Program-made: the position numbers and the translations under genes
The notes under the pieces: model-generated
Databases searched by the model: none
Told to the model about the DNA's origin: nothing
What the model saw: only the letters and a program-made list of their open reading frames with translations
In this document: positions 37,711-46,235 of the stretch, one piece after another
Position numbering within the stretch: position 1 is the first letter of the stretch
Layout of the letters: every line of letters starts with the position of its first letter
NCBI GenBank assembly: GCA_021816865.1
Contig: JAKAWX010000003.1
Span: forward strand, 34,681-98,680
DNA: 64,000 nt
Direction of reading: 5' to 3'
Source of the DNA: Thermoplasmata archaeon
GTDB taxonomy: Archaea; Thermoplasmatota; Thermoplasmata; Lutacidiplasmatales; UBA184

Positions 37711-38650
37711 CGAGGTAGTCCGAAACGTCCTGGATCGTCACGTCCGCGGGCGCGACGCGCTTCAGGTTCGCCAGGCAGAGCGGGCAGGCGGTTACGACCC
37801 GCTTGCTGACCGCGCTCAGCTGGCCGACCCGACGCTTCGCGATCTCGGCCGACTTCCCGGGGAAGAGGCTTTCGAGCGGACCGCCGCAGCAGAACGTGAG
37901 CTTCCCCGACATCTCGGGCTCGAGGACCGTGACCCCGCCTTCCTTCAAGAGCGACCTCGGCTCCTCGAGGACGCCCTCGTAGCGCGCGTAGACGCACGAG
38001 TCGTGGAACGTCGCCGTCTCCCCGAGCTTCGTGGTCGCCCTCAAGCGCCGCTCCGCGAGGACCTCGAGGTAACTCTTCACTTGGACGTCGAATCCCGGGA
38101 CCACGGTGGGGTACACGCTCCGCAGCATGTTGGTCGTGTGCGGGTCCACGGTGATCACGCGGCGAACGCCGTGGCGGCGCAGGGCGTCGGCGACGCGCTG
38201 CGCCTGGACCCGGAACGCGTCGTCGAGGCCCTCGTCGTGGGCGAGCCCGCCGGCGTAGAGGTCGTCCTCGTAGAGGTAGCCGAACGGGACCTGCGCGGCC
38301 GCGAGGAGCTTCGCGATGTTCCGCAGGCGCTCGTCGAACGCAGCCCGCTCCCGCGCCGACGTGCGGGCGAGGAACGGCGTGAGGTTGAGGACCTTGTTCA
38401 TCGAGCGGGCGACGGAAAAGAGCCGGGCGCTCGAGCGGCCCTCGTACTTCGCGAGCTGCCGGCTCATCGCGTCGATCGCCGGGACCATCTGCCACATCTG
38501 GCCGGTGTAGAGGACGGTCTCCCCGCCCCTCGGGATGTTGAGGCCGTGCGTCCACCCGGTGACCGCGCGTCGCCGTAGGGGCAGCGCGCTCTTGCGCTTG
38601 CGAAGGTTGTCGCCGAGCATCCCCAGGGTGCTTTTGATCGGAACCGGCAT
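37676..38650 (-). CDS. CCG-domain Fe-S protein (HdrB/HdrD/GlcF-like); only the second CCG domain is intact
   Basis: FHDSC, CCGG, TACPLC in the C-terminal half; N-terminal repeat has LYAG and TVDPHT in place of Cys motifs. Confidence 0.85.
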   Translation of the reverse strand: MPVPIKSTLGMLGDNLRKRKSALPLRRRAVTGWTHGLNIPRGGETVLYTGQMWQMVPAIDAMSRQLAKYEGRSSARLFSVARSMNKVLNLTPFLARTSARERAAFDERLRNIAKLLAAAQVPFGYLYEDDLYAGGLAHDEGLDDAFRVQAQRVADALRRHGVRRVITVDPHTTNMLRSVYPTVVPGFDVQVKSYLEVLAERRLRATTKLGETATFHDSCVYARYEGVLEEPRSLLKEGGVTVLEPEMSGKLTFCCGGPLESLFPGKSAEIAKRRVGQLSAVSKRVVTACPLCLANLKRVAPADVTIQDVSDYLVKAYCPAPVPT

Positions 38651-38666
38651 CTTCGCTCGCCTCCCG

Positions 38667-38975
38667 TCAGGCCTCCGCGAGGCCGTAGACGTCCCGGTTG
38701 ACGACCGTTCGCAGGGTGCGCACGTTCTCGGCGATGTGGATCCCCGCGGGGCAATTCGCCTCGCAGAGGCGGCAGAGGAGGCAACTGAAGATCGTCTCGG
38801 CCTCGCCGAGCACCCCCTCTCGATGGCCGAGGAGAGCGTAGCGGAAGAGGCGGCGGGGCATCAGCTCGACGCCGAGCGGGCAGAGCGCCGTGCACGTGCC
38901 GCAGTTGATGCACAATCGGGCGTCGAACTCGCCGCCCAGCTTGAGCGCGCTCAGGAACTCGGTGTCGACCTTCAT
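38667..38975 (-). CDS. HdrC-like 2x[4Fe-4S] protein (102 aa)
   Basis: CINCGTCTALCP and CLLCRLCEANCP. Confidence 0.88.
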   Translation of the reverse strand: MKVDTEFLSALKLGGEFDARLCINCGTCTALCPLGVELMPRRLFRYALLGHREGVLGEAETIFSCLLCRLCEANCPAGIHIAENVRTLRTVVNRDVYGLAEA

Positions 38976-39223
38976 GGGGTCTCCTCCGCCAGTTGGTAGC
39001 GGTAGTAGTCCTCCGAGCGGGCCTTCGGGAGGTCGCGGACGCGGCCGTAGCGCCGCATCGCCATCACCCACTTCGTCACCTCGGGCGCCGGGACGCGGAG
39101 CGTCGTGGCGAGCTCGGGGATCGTCTTCGGTCCCTCCCGCAGCGCCGCCGCCACTCGGTCGCGCTCGTAGAGCTCGTCCCGCAGGACCTCCCCGAGGTTC
39201 CGCAGGTACTCTTTTCCCGTCAT
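38972..39223 (-). CDS. Small winged-helix protein
   Basis: ALREGPKTIPELA..L.....EV..WVMAMRRYGRV; ATGA overlaps on both sides. Confidence 0.75.
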   Translation of the reverse strand: MTGKEYLRNLGEVLRDELYERDRVAAALREGPKTIPELATTLRVPAPEVTKWVMAMRRYGRVRDLPKARSEDYYRYQLAEETP

Positions 39224-40944
39224 GTCGCCTCCGCGGCGAGCGCGTCGATCATGGCGTGGATCTGCTCGTTCGAGTAGCCCTGGACCGAGATCGCCTGCTT
39301 CGGGCAGACCGGGACGCACGCGCCCTCGCCCTTGCAGAGGACGCCGTTGACCTCGGCGATCCGCCGGTCGCCGTAGTCGACCGGTGCGACCGCTCCGTAC
39401 GGGCACGCCTTCGTGCACTCGTCGCACCAGACGCAGAGCGTCGGGTCGACCTTCGCGACGAGCGGGTCGAGGTCGACGTACCCCTTCAGCAGGAGGCCGC
39501 CGGTCTTGGAGACGGCGGCGAGCGCGCTCGAGACGCTCTCGGCGACGTTCTTTGGGCCCTGCGCGGCCCCGACGATGTAGACCCCGTCGACGACGGTCTC
39601 GACGGGTCGCAACTTCACGTGGACCTCATGGAAGAACCCGTCCTGGCCGATCGGAAGCTTGAGCGCGCGCACGAGGGCGTCGTTCTCCCGGGGAACCATC
39701 CCCGTCACCAGGACCACGAGGTCGGGTCGCATCTCGACCTCCTCGCTGCGCATCAGTCGGTCCTTCACCCGCACGACGAGGCCTCCCTCCTCCCGCGTCA
39801 CCGTGGGGCGCGCCTCCTCGCCGTATCGGAGGTAGACCGAGCCCCCGCGCAGCGCCCGCTCGTAGAGCGTTTCGTACTTGCCGTAGGTGCGCACGTCCCG
39901 GAACAGATGGAACTGATGGACCGTGGGGTCGAGGCCGCTGACGACCGTCGCGAGGTGGGAGGTCGCACTGCAGCAGTAGCGCGAGCAGTAGGTGTGGCCG
40001 CCGGGGGTGTCCGCTCCGTCGCGGGAGCCCACGCAGTAGATGTACGCGATCGACCGCACGGGCCGACCGTGGTACTCGAGTCGGCCCGGATGTTCCGCGA
40101 CCAGCTCCTTCAGCTCGGGCAACGTGATCACGCCTTCGAGGCCGAATCCGAACTCACCTTCCTTCGGCGAGTACGGGTCGAACCCGGTCGCGACGACGAT
40201 CGCGCCCACCTTGAGGCCGATCGTGTCGCCTGTGCGCGTCCGCAACGTGACCGCGAATTCCCCGAGCCGCCCCGTCTTCTCGACGAGCTCGGTCGAGAGG
40301 TAGAGGTTCACGTTCTCGCGGCGCCGGACTTCGTCGATCAGGCCGTCGACGAGCTCGCGCCCGACCTTGTCGTTCGGAAAGAGGGTCCCCCAGCGAGCGA
40401 CCTGCCCGCCCGCCTCCGCGGCCCTTTCGATGAGGTGAACCGAGATCCCGAGATCGCTCAGCGCGAGGGCGGCTCGCAGGCCGGCCACGCCCGCGCCCAC
40501 GACCAGCGCCTGGGGGAGCGTCTCCACGCGCATACGCTCGAGCGGCACCGAAAGCGCCGTCTTGGCCACCCCCGCCCGTGCGAGCTTGAGCGCCTTCTCC
40601 GTCGCGGCCGCACGGTCGTGCGTGTGCGCCCACGAGCACTGCTCGCGGATGTTCACCTGAGTGTACTCGTACGGGTTGAGGCCGGCGCGCTGGGCCATTG
40701 CCCGGAACGTCGCGGTGTGGAGCTTCGGCGAGCAGGAGCAGACGACGACACCGTCGAGCTTCTTCTCCCGGATCTCCTGGATCACCGACTGCTGCGCCGC
40801 GTCCGAGCAGGCGAACATCTGTACCTGGGAGGCGACGACGTCCCCCTCCTTCGCGATCTCCGACCTCACTTTCTCGGTGTCGACGTAGTCCGAGATGTTG
40901 CCGCCGCACTGGCAGACCACCACGCCGAGGCGTCGACCGGTCAT
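39220..40944 (-). CDS. hdrA: HdrA-like flavoprotein (N-terminal cluster domain and C-terminal ferredoxin, no internal ferredoxin insert)
   Basis: VCQCGGNI, CSCSP..H, NIREQCSW, GAGVAG, YCVGSRD..CSRYCC, CVWCDECTKAC/CKGEGAC. Confidence 0.92.
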   Translation of the reverse strand: MTGRRLGVVVCQCGGNISDYVDTEKVRSEIAKEGDVVASQVQMFACSDAAQQSVIQEIREKKLDGVVVCSCSPKLHTATFRAMAQRAGLNPYEYTQVNIREQCSWAHTHDRAAATEKALKLARAGVAKTALSVPLERMRVETLPQALVVGAGVAGLRAALALSDLGISVHLIERAAEAGGQVARWGTLFPNDKVGRELVDGLIDEVRRRENVNLYLSTELVEKTGRLGEFAVTLRTRTGDTIGLKVGAIVVATGFDPYSPKEGEFGFGLEGVITLPELKELVAEHPGRLEYHGRPVRSIAYIYCVGSRDGADTPGGHTYCSRYCCSATSHLATVVSGLDPTVHQFHLFRDVRTYGKYETLYERALRGGSVYLRYGEEARPTVTREEGGLVVRVKDRLMRSEEVEMRPDLVVLVTGMVPRENDALVRALKLPIGQDGFFHEVHVKLRPVETVVDGVYIVGAAQGPKNVAESVSSALAAVSKTGGLLLKGYVDLDPLVAKVDPTLCVWCDECTKACPYGAVAPVDYGDRRIAEVNGVLCKGEGACVPVCPKQAISVQGYSNEQIHAMIDALAAEAT

Positions 40945-43739
40945 GCCTTCGCCTCCGCCCTTGGGACGAGTACCGGGACCTCGATCGACGCGGGCTCGAT
41001 GGGGAGGGGCGGCTTCGGCTCCCGCCGCTTCAGGTACGCCGCGATCTGGGCGGACGCCGCCTCCGAGTGAAGGATCGTATCGGGAATGTCGCGAACGGCC
41101 GTGGCCGAGCCGATGACGAAGACGCCGGGGAGGCTCGTGCGGCCGGGCTCGAGCTCCTCGTTCGTCTCGCGCACGTACGAATGAGCGTCCTTCTCCGGCG
41201 CTCCCTCTGGGAACAACCGGAACGCGCCCTGGTTCGGCAGGAGCCCCGTCGCCAGTACGACGAGGTCGTGGCGCGCCTCCTTCGGCCCGCCGTCCCCTTC
41301 GATGTCCTCGTAGTGGACGATGAGGTCGTTCGAGTCGGTCTCCTCGACGCGGGAGACCTTCCCCCGCGTGAAGTAGACCCCCATGCCCTTCGTCTGCTGG
41401 AAGAACTCCTCGTACCCCTTCCCGAACGCGCGGATGTCGATGTAGTAGATCGTGACGTCCGCGAGCGGGATCGCCCCCATTAGGAGCTGCGCCTGCTTCA
41501 TCGAGTACATGCAGCAGACCCGCGAGCAGAGGCGGTTGCCGACCTGCTCGTCCCGCGACCCCGCGCAGAGGAGGAACGCAACGTTCGTCGGTGCCTTCCC
41601 ATCGGACGGTCGGACGACCGCGTTGAACGGACGTGTCGGGGCGAGGATGCGGTCCATCTGAGGACCGGTGATCACGTTCGCGAAGCGACCGAAGCCGAAC
41701 GCGGGCTTCTGGCGGGCGTCGAACGGGGAGAAGCCGGTGGCGAGCGCCACGGAACCCACGGTCACGGCCTCGTGGCGGGCCCGCATGTCGAGGTCGATCG
41801 CGTCCGCAGGACACGCGGCGACGCATTCCCGACACTCCGAGCAGACGCCGCAGTCGAGGCAGCGGTTCGCGCTCGCGCGCGCGGCCGCCTCCCCCATCGC
41901 GAGCTCGTACGGGGCGAAGGAGGTGAGCCGCTCGGCGACGGGGAGGCGGACGATCGGAATCGGGTCCCGGCGCGTGCCGTGCTCTCGAGCCCTGGCCGCG
42001 ACCGCGCTCCGGTCCGCGACCGGCAGCCGGTCGTCGAACCGGAGACCGTCGTCGGGGGCCTTGCGGAGGAAGCGATCGATGTGAAACGCCGCGCGCTTTC
42101 CCTGGCCGATCGAGGTCACGATCATCGTGGGACCGGTGACCGCGTCGCCCCCCGCGAAGACGCCGGCCATCGAGGTCGCCAGCGTCTCGGGGTCGACCTC
42201 GATCGTCCCGTTCCGCCGGAGCGCGAGCTCGGTGGCGAAGGCCTGGGTGTTGGGCGAGAGCCCGATCGCGGTGATCAGCACTTCGCCGGGGACCGTCTCC
42301 CGGACGGTCGGATCGAACGTGGGCCGGAACCGGTGCTCGGCATCGAAGACCGACGTGCACCGAATGAGCTCGACCCCCGAGACCCGGCGGTCGTAGCCGA
42401 CGACCTGCCCGACACCCCAGGAGTTGGTGATGACCACCCCTTCGTCTTCGGCCTCCTGGACCTCCCAAGGATGGGCGGGCATCTCCGTCCGCGACTCGAG
42501 GCAGTAGAGGCGGACCGATCGCGCCCCGAGACGGAGCGCACTGCGCGCGGAGTCGATCGCGACGTTCCCGCCTCCGATGACCACGACGGCTTTGCCCGCG
42601 ACGTCGGGGGCCTGGCCGTCGTTGACCCGGTGGAGGAACTCCATCGAGTCGATGACGCCGGGGAGCTCCTCGCCCGGCACCGATAGCTTGCGACCGCCGC
42701 GGTCGCCCGCCGCCACGAAGACCGCATCGAATCCGGACTCGCGCAACGCCTTGAGCGAAGTGACCGGGTGGGCGGTCTCGATGCGGACCCCGAGCGCGGT
42801 GATGTTCGCGAGGTCTCGCGCGAGAACCTCCTTCGGGAGGCGGTACGAAGGGATCCCCCATCGCATGATCCCGCCCGGCTCCCGGTCGGCCTCGAAGACC
42901 GTCACGTCGTAGCCGTTCCGGCCGAGGAAGAACGCGGCGGCGAGGCCCGCCGGTCCGGACCCGACGACCGCGACGCGCTGGCCGCGGCGTTCGGTCGGTG
43001 GCCCGTACTCGGGCGCCGGGTGGCCCGCGTAGTACCGGTCGGCCATGAACCGCTTGATCCCCCGGATCGGAACGGTACCCTCGAGCTCCGCGCGGGAGCA
43101 CTGGTCCTCGCACGGTGCGTAGCACGCTCGGCTGAGGACGCCCACGAGAGGGGCGTCGTCGAGGTGCTGACGGAACGCCTTGTCGTACTGGCCGGAGCGG
43201 ACGAGAGAGATGTACCCGTGGGGCTTGACTCCCGCCGGGCACGAGAACGAGCAGGGCGAGGTTCCCACCCGGGTGATGATCGCCTTTTTCGGGACCGCCT
43301 GCGGGAAGGCGATGTGCGCCGCCCGTCGTGCCGCGAGGTCGTAATTGAACTCGTCCGGGACCGCGACCGTGCACGCGGGCTCGCACAGCGCACAGCCGGT
43401 GCACTTCGCCGCGTCGACGAACGTGGGCTTGCGGGTGAGACGGACCTTGAACGCTCCGTCGCCGACCGGTGTGATGTCGTCGACCTCGGAGTAGACGAGC
43501 GTGCGCACGTTGGGGTGGTTGTTCACCGCGGCCATCTTGGGCGTCGAGATGCAGCTCGCGCAATCGAGCGTCGGGAAGACCTTGCTGAGCAAGATCATGC
43601 GCCCCCCGACGCTCGGTTCCTTCTCCACGACGAGGACCTTGAACCCCATATCGCCGAGCGTGAGCGCAGACTCCATGCCCCCGACGCCCGCGCCGACGAC
43701 GAGAACGTCGTAATCGGTCTTCGCGCCGTCCGCGGCCAT
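40941..43739 (-). CDS. HdrL-like protein: HdrA with an inserted GltD/NfnB-like FAD/NAD(P) module
   Basis: GAGVGG, KVFPTLDCASC, CTGCALCEPAC; insert CSFSCPAG..RACYAPCEDQC, GSGPAG, GGGNVA.D, FAGGD; CAGSRD..CSRVCC. Confidence 0.92.
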   Translation of the reverse strand: MAADGAKTDYDVLVVGAGVGGMESALTLGDMGFKVLVVEKEPSVGGRMILLSKVFPTLDCASCISTPKMAAVNNHPNVRTLVYSEVDDITPVGDGAFKVRLTRKPTFVDAAKCTGCALCEPACTVAVPDEFNYDLAARRAAHIAFPQAVPKKAIITRVGTSPCSFSCPAGVKPHGYISLVRSGQYDKAFRQHLDDAPLVGVLSRACYAPCEDQCSRAELEGTVPIRGIKRFMADRYYAGHPAPEYGPPTERRGQRVAVVGSGPAGLAAAFFLGRNGYDVTVFEADREPGGIMRWGIPSYRLPKEVLARDLANITALGVRIETAHPVTSLKALRESGFDAVFVAAGDRGGRKLSVPGEELPGVIDSMEFLHRVNDGQAPDVAGKAVVVIGGGNVAIDSARSALRLGARSVRLYCLESRTEMPAHPWEVQEAEDEGVVITNSWGVGQVVGYDRRVSGVELIRCTSVFDAEHRFRPTFDPTVRETVPGEVLITAIGLSPNTQAFATELALRRNGTIEVDPETLATSMAGVFAGGDAVTGPTMIVTSIGQGKRAAFHIDRFLRKAPDDGLRFDDRLPVADRSAVAARAREHGTRRDPIPIVRLPVAERLTSFAPYELAMGEAAARASANRCLDCGVCSECRECVAACPADAIDLDMRARHEAVTVGSVALATGFSPFDARQKPAFGFGRFANVITGPQMDRILAPTRPFNAVVRPSDGKAPTNVAFLLCAGSRDEQVGNRLCSRVCCMYSMKQAQLLMGAIPLADVTIYYIDIRAFGKGYEEFFQQTKGMGVYFTRGKVSRVEETDSNDLIVHYEDIEGDGGPKEARHDLVVLATGLLPNQGAFRLFPEGAPEKDAHSYVRETNEELEPGRTSLPGVFVIGSATAVRDIPDTILHSEAASAQIAAYLKRREPKPPLPIEPASIEVPVLVPRAEAKA

Positions 43740-44165
43740 CTACGCCTCCGCGGCGACCGACGCGAGGTCGTCGAGCGCCTTTCCGAATTGCTTCATGTGG
43801 TTGACGAACGGCTCGGCGCACACCGAGCAAATTGCCGCCATCTTGACCCGCCCGGTGTCGAGGCCGTTCTTCTGGAGCAACGCCTGGGACCGCGTCACGA
43901 CGTCGGCCGTGCGACCGACGCAATCCGGAAGCAGCGCGCACTCCGGTCCGTCCGCGGCGATGAAGACGCCATCGAACCCGGCCTTCAGGGCGTGGAGGAC
44001 CCAGGTCGGATTGATACCGCCCGAGCACGGAACGGCGATGACCTCGACGGAGGACGAGTAGTCCATGTGAGCGCTTCCGGCGAGGTCGATCCCCATGTCG
44101 GAGATCGCGTTCGTCGAGAAGACCAGCACGCGGGGTCGGTGGCCGGTCGCGCCCGCGTCGGTCAC
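43740..44165 (-). CDS. mvhD: MvhD/FlpD-like [2Fe-2S] protein, variant Cys pattern
   Basis: IDLAG.AH.DY, VPCSG, HALKAGFDGV, ECALLPDC, ICSVCAEPF. Confidence 0.85.
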   Translation of the reverse strand: MTDAGATGHRPRVLVFSTNAISDMGIDLAGSAHMDYSSSVEVIAVPCSGGINPTWVLHALKAGFDGVFIAADGPECALLPDCVGRTADVVTRSQALLQKNGLDTGRVKMAAICSVCAEPFVNHMKQFGKALDDLASVAAEA

Positions 44166-44419
44166 TACTTGCCTCGCCGCAGGTAAACGCGCCAGAGTCC
44201 GCCCTCGGGGATCGTCCCGAGATACTCGTGCCCGACCTTCCTGGCCCAGAGCGGGACGTCCTCGGTCGTTCCCTCGTCGGAGGAGATGACTTCCATCACG
44301 CCGTGCATCGGAACCGACGGGACCGTCCGCTTCGCCTCGAGGAGAGGGCCCGGACACGCCATCCCGCGAGCGTCAATCGACTTGTCGACCTTGAGGTGCC
44401 GCAACTCCTCGATCTCCAT
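44165..44419 (-). CDS. tusA: TusA-family sulfur carrier
   Basis: IDARGMACPGPLLEAK, EV.SSD.GT..DVP.WA.KVGH; GGAAGGG RBS. Confidence 0.92.
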   Translation of the reverse strand: MEIEELRHLKVDKSIDARGMACPGPLLEAKRTVPSVPMHGVMEVISSDEGTTEDVPLWARKVGHEYLGTIPEGGLWRVYLRRGK

Positions 44420-44465
44420 GCCCCTTCCTCGAACCCCTGACCTTCGGTGAGGGATATGAGAGCGC

Positions 44466-44483
44466 AGTCAACGAAGCTTGACT
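44466..44483. promoter_or_regulatory. Palindromic operator candidate AGTCAA-N6-TTGACT upstream of tusA
   Basis: Perfect 6-bp inverted repeat next to a TATA-like CTCATATC (minus strand, 44453-44460). Confidence 0.5.
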
Positions 44484-44893
44484 ATGCCGTCCGTCGGCGA
44501 AGCGAGCGCCCGCCGGGGGTGCGACACATCGACACGGTGCGAAACGTCGCGGCGTTCGATCCGGTTCCGTGACCCCCGGTTCGTCCGGCACGAGATCGAC
44601 ACCGGCCCGCGCCGATCGACAGCCCGCGTCGGGTTCGATCCCGCCGCGCAGGGCACCCGTGGCTCGATCAGACTCGGGTGGGTCTCAGGGGTGCCGAAGA
44701 GACCCGGCGCCTCTGCTCACCGTCCCTCCCCTGAGACCCAATCTAAGAATGGTGCGAGTGCGGATACGCGTCTCGTCAAGTCAAACTCACTCGCACGCCG
44801 CGCGGGAGGTACCTCGGCTCGGTCGAAGCCCCTCCGGGCGGCTCGGCCACGCCAAATAGGCCCGATCTGTCCGCCGCAAGGTCACCGAGCAAC

Positions 44894-46192
44894 GTGGTCG
44901 ACTTGAAACCGGTACGGGCGTTCCATCCGGACCCCCGTCGGGGGTCACCGGACCGACTGGTCTGCCCGGTCTACGACACCCTCTCGGAATCCGAGCTCGC
45001 GCGGTACGCGGCCCACCGCCACAACGCGGCGCGGTTCGTTACCCGGCCGAAGGACGTTCCGGTCGGACGGTTCGTCGCGGAGGCGGCGGCACGGCTCCGC
45101 GAAGCCCTCCGGTCGGAAGTGTTCGTGCAGGACCCCCGGCCGGCGTTCTACGTCTATGGGATCCGCTACTTCCCACCCGACGACCTCCTCGAGACGATCG
45201 ATCCCAGGCAACGACGCGCCCGCTACCTTCTGCTCGGCCTCGTCGGCGCCCTCGACTTCGACACGATCGAACCCGGACAGGTGGCGATGCACGAGCGAAC
45301 GTTCGCCGACCGGGTCGAAGAGCGCGTGGCGCTCACCGATGCCACGGGGATGAGCTTCGCCCCGATCATGGCGGGCTACCACCGGCCCGACCACGCCCTC
45401 AACGACCGGCTCGAGCGGTGGCTCGGGCTCGACCGCCGGGGCCTCGCGTTCGACGGCGACGTGCCCCCGCTCGCGGAAGCCGTCCTCGAAGGGACGACCC
45501 ACCGTCTCTGGCGGATCGACGAGCCGTCACGCATCGAGGAGATCTCCCGAGAGCTTCGTTCGTATCGGGTGCTGGTCCTCGACGGGCACCACCGCTTTAC
45601 CGCAGCGGCCCTGCGCCACTCCGCCGGTCGACGGTCGGCGCCGCTCGCGATGCTCGTGGACGGGGAGGACCGCGCCCTACGGGTACTCCCGTGGCACCGG
45701 GTGCTTCCCGCACACGGCGGCGTCTCGTTCGCCGAGATCGTCGGCGCGGCGCGTCGGGAGTTCCCGCGGGTCGAGACCGTGGAGCGACCCGGAGCGGTCG
45801 AAGGGGTGATCGAGCGACTGGGCGAGATGCGTCGCGAAGGCCGGCGGGGGTTCCTGGCGCTCGACGGGGGGTCGATGGCCGAGGTCGGCGGCCCGCCGAG
45901 TTCGGATGTTGGCGCGGACTTCGACCTCCTCCACGGATTCCTCGAGGGTCGGCTGGGGGTCGACCCCCACGAGCTCGAGTTCGTCCGCTCGCCCCGTGCG
46001 GCGTTCGACCGCGTCACCGCCTCGCGCGGGGGCCTTTCGGACGGGTCGGCGTTCCTGGTTCCGGGACTCACGGAGAAGGGGATCGAGGAGCGGGCGTTCG
46101 GATCCGGAACGATGATGGCCCACAAGTCCACGATGTTCCTGCCCAAAGTGGCCGACGGAATGATCTTTGCCCGGGCGGACGCGTCGAACTGA
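44894..46192 (+). CDS. DUF1015 family protein (ParB/Srx-like fold)
   Basis: CPVYD, FVQD..PAFYVY, HERT, HRLWRI, LDGHHR, KSTMFLPK..GMIF. Confidence 0.85.
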   Translation: MVDLKPVRAFHPDPRRGSPDRLVCPVYDTLSESELARYAAHRHNAARFVTRPKDVPVGRFVAEAAARLREALRSEVFVQDPRPAFYVYGIRYFPPDDLLETIDPRQRRARYLLLGLVGALDFDTIEPGQVAMHERTFADRVEERVALTDATGMSFAPIMAGYHRPDHALNDRLERWLGLDRRGLAFDGDVPPLAEAVLEGTTHRLWRIDEPSRIEEISRELRSYRVLVLDGHHRFTAAALRHSAGRRSAPLAMLVDGEDRALRVLPWHRVLPAHGGVSFAEIVGAARREFPRVETVERPGAVEGVIERLGEMRREGRRGFLALDGGSMAEVGGPPSSDVGADFDLLHGFLEGRLGVDPHELEFVRSPRAAFDRVTASRGGLSDGSAFLVPGLTEKGIEERAFGSGTMMAHKSTMFLPKVADGMIFARADASN

Positions 46193-46235
46193 ACGACCCC
46201 TCGGCTCCCGCGGACTCGCGGACGCGTGCGTCGGG

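Noticed and set aside
37676..44419. Evidence of methanogenesis, or a canonical sHdr/Qmo system
   Set aside because: No mcr/mtr/apr/lbpA genes in the window; subunit architecture differs; no in-frame TGA indicating selenocysteine
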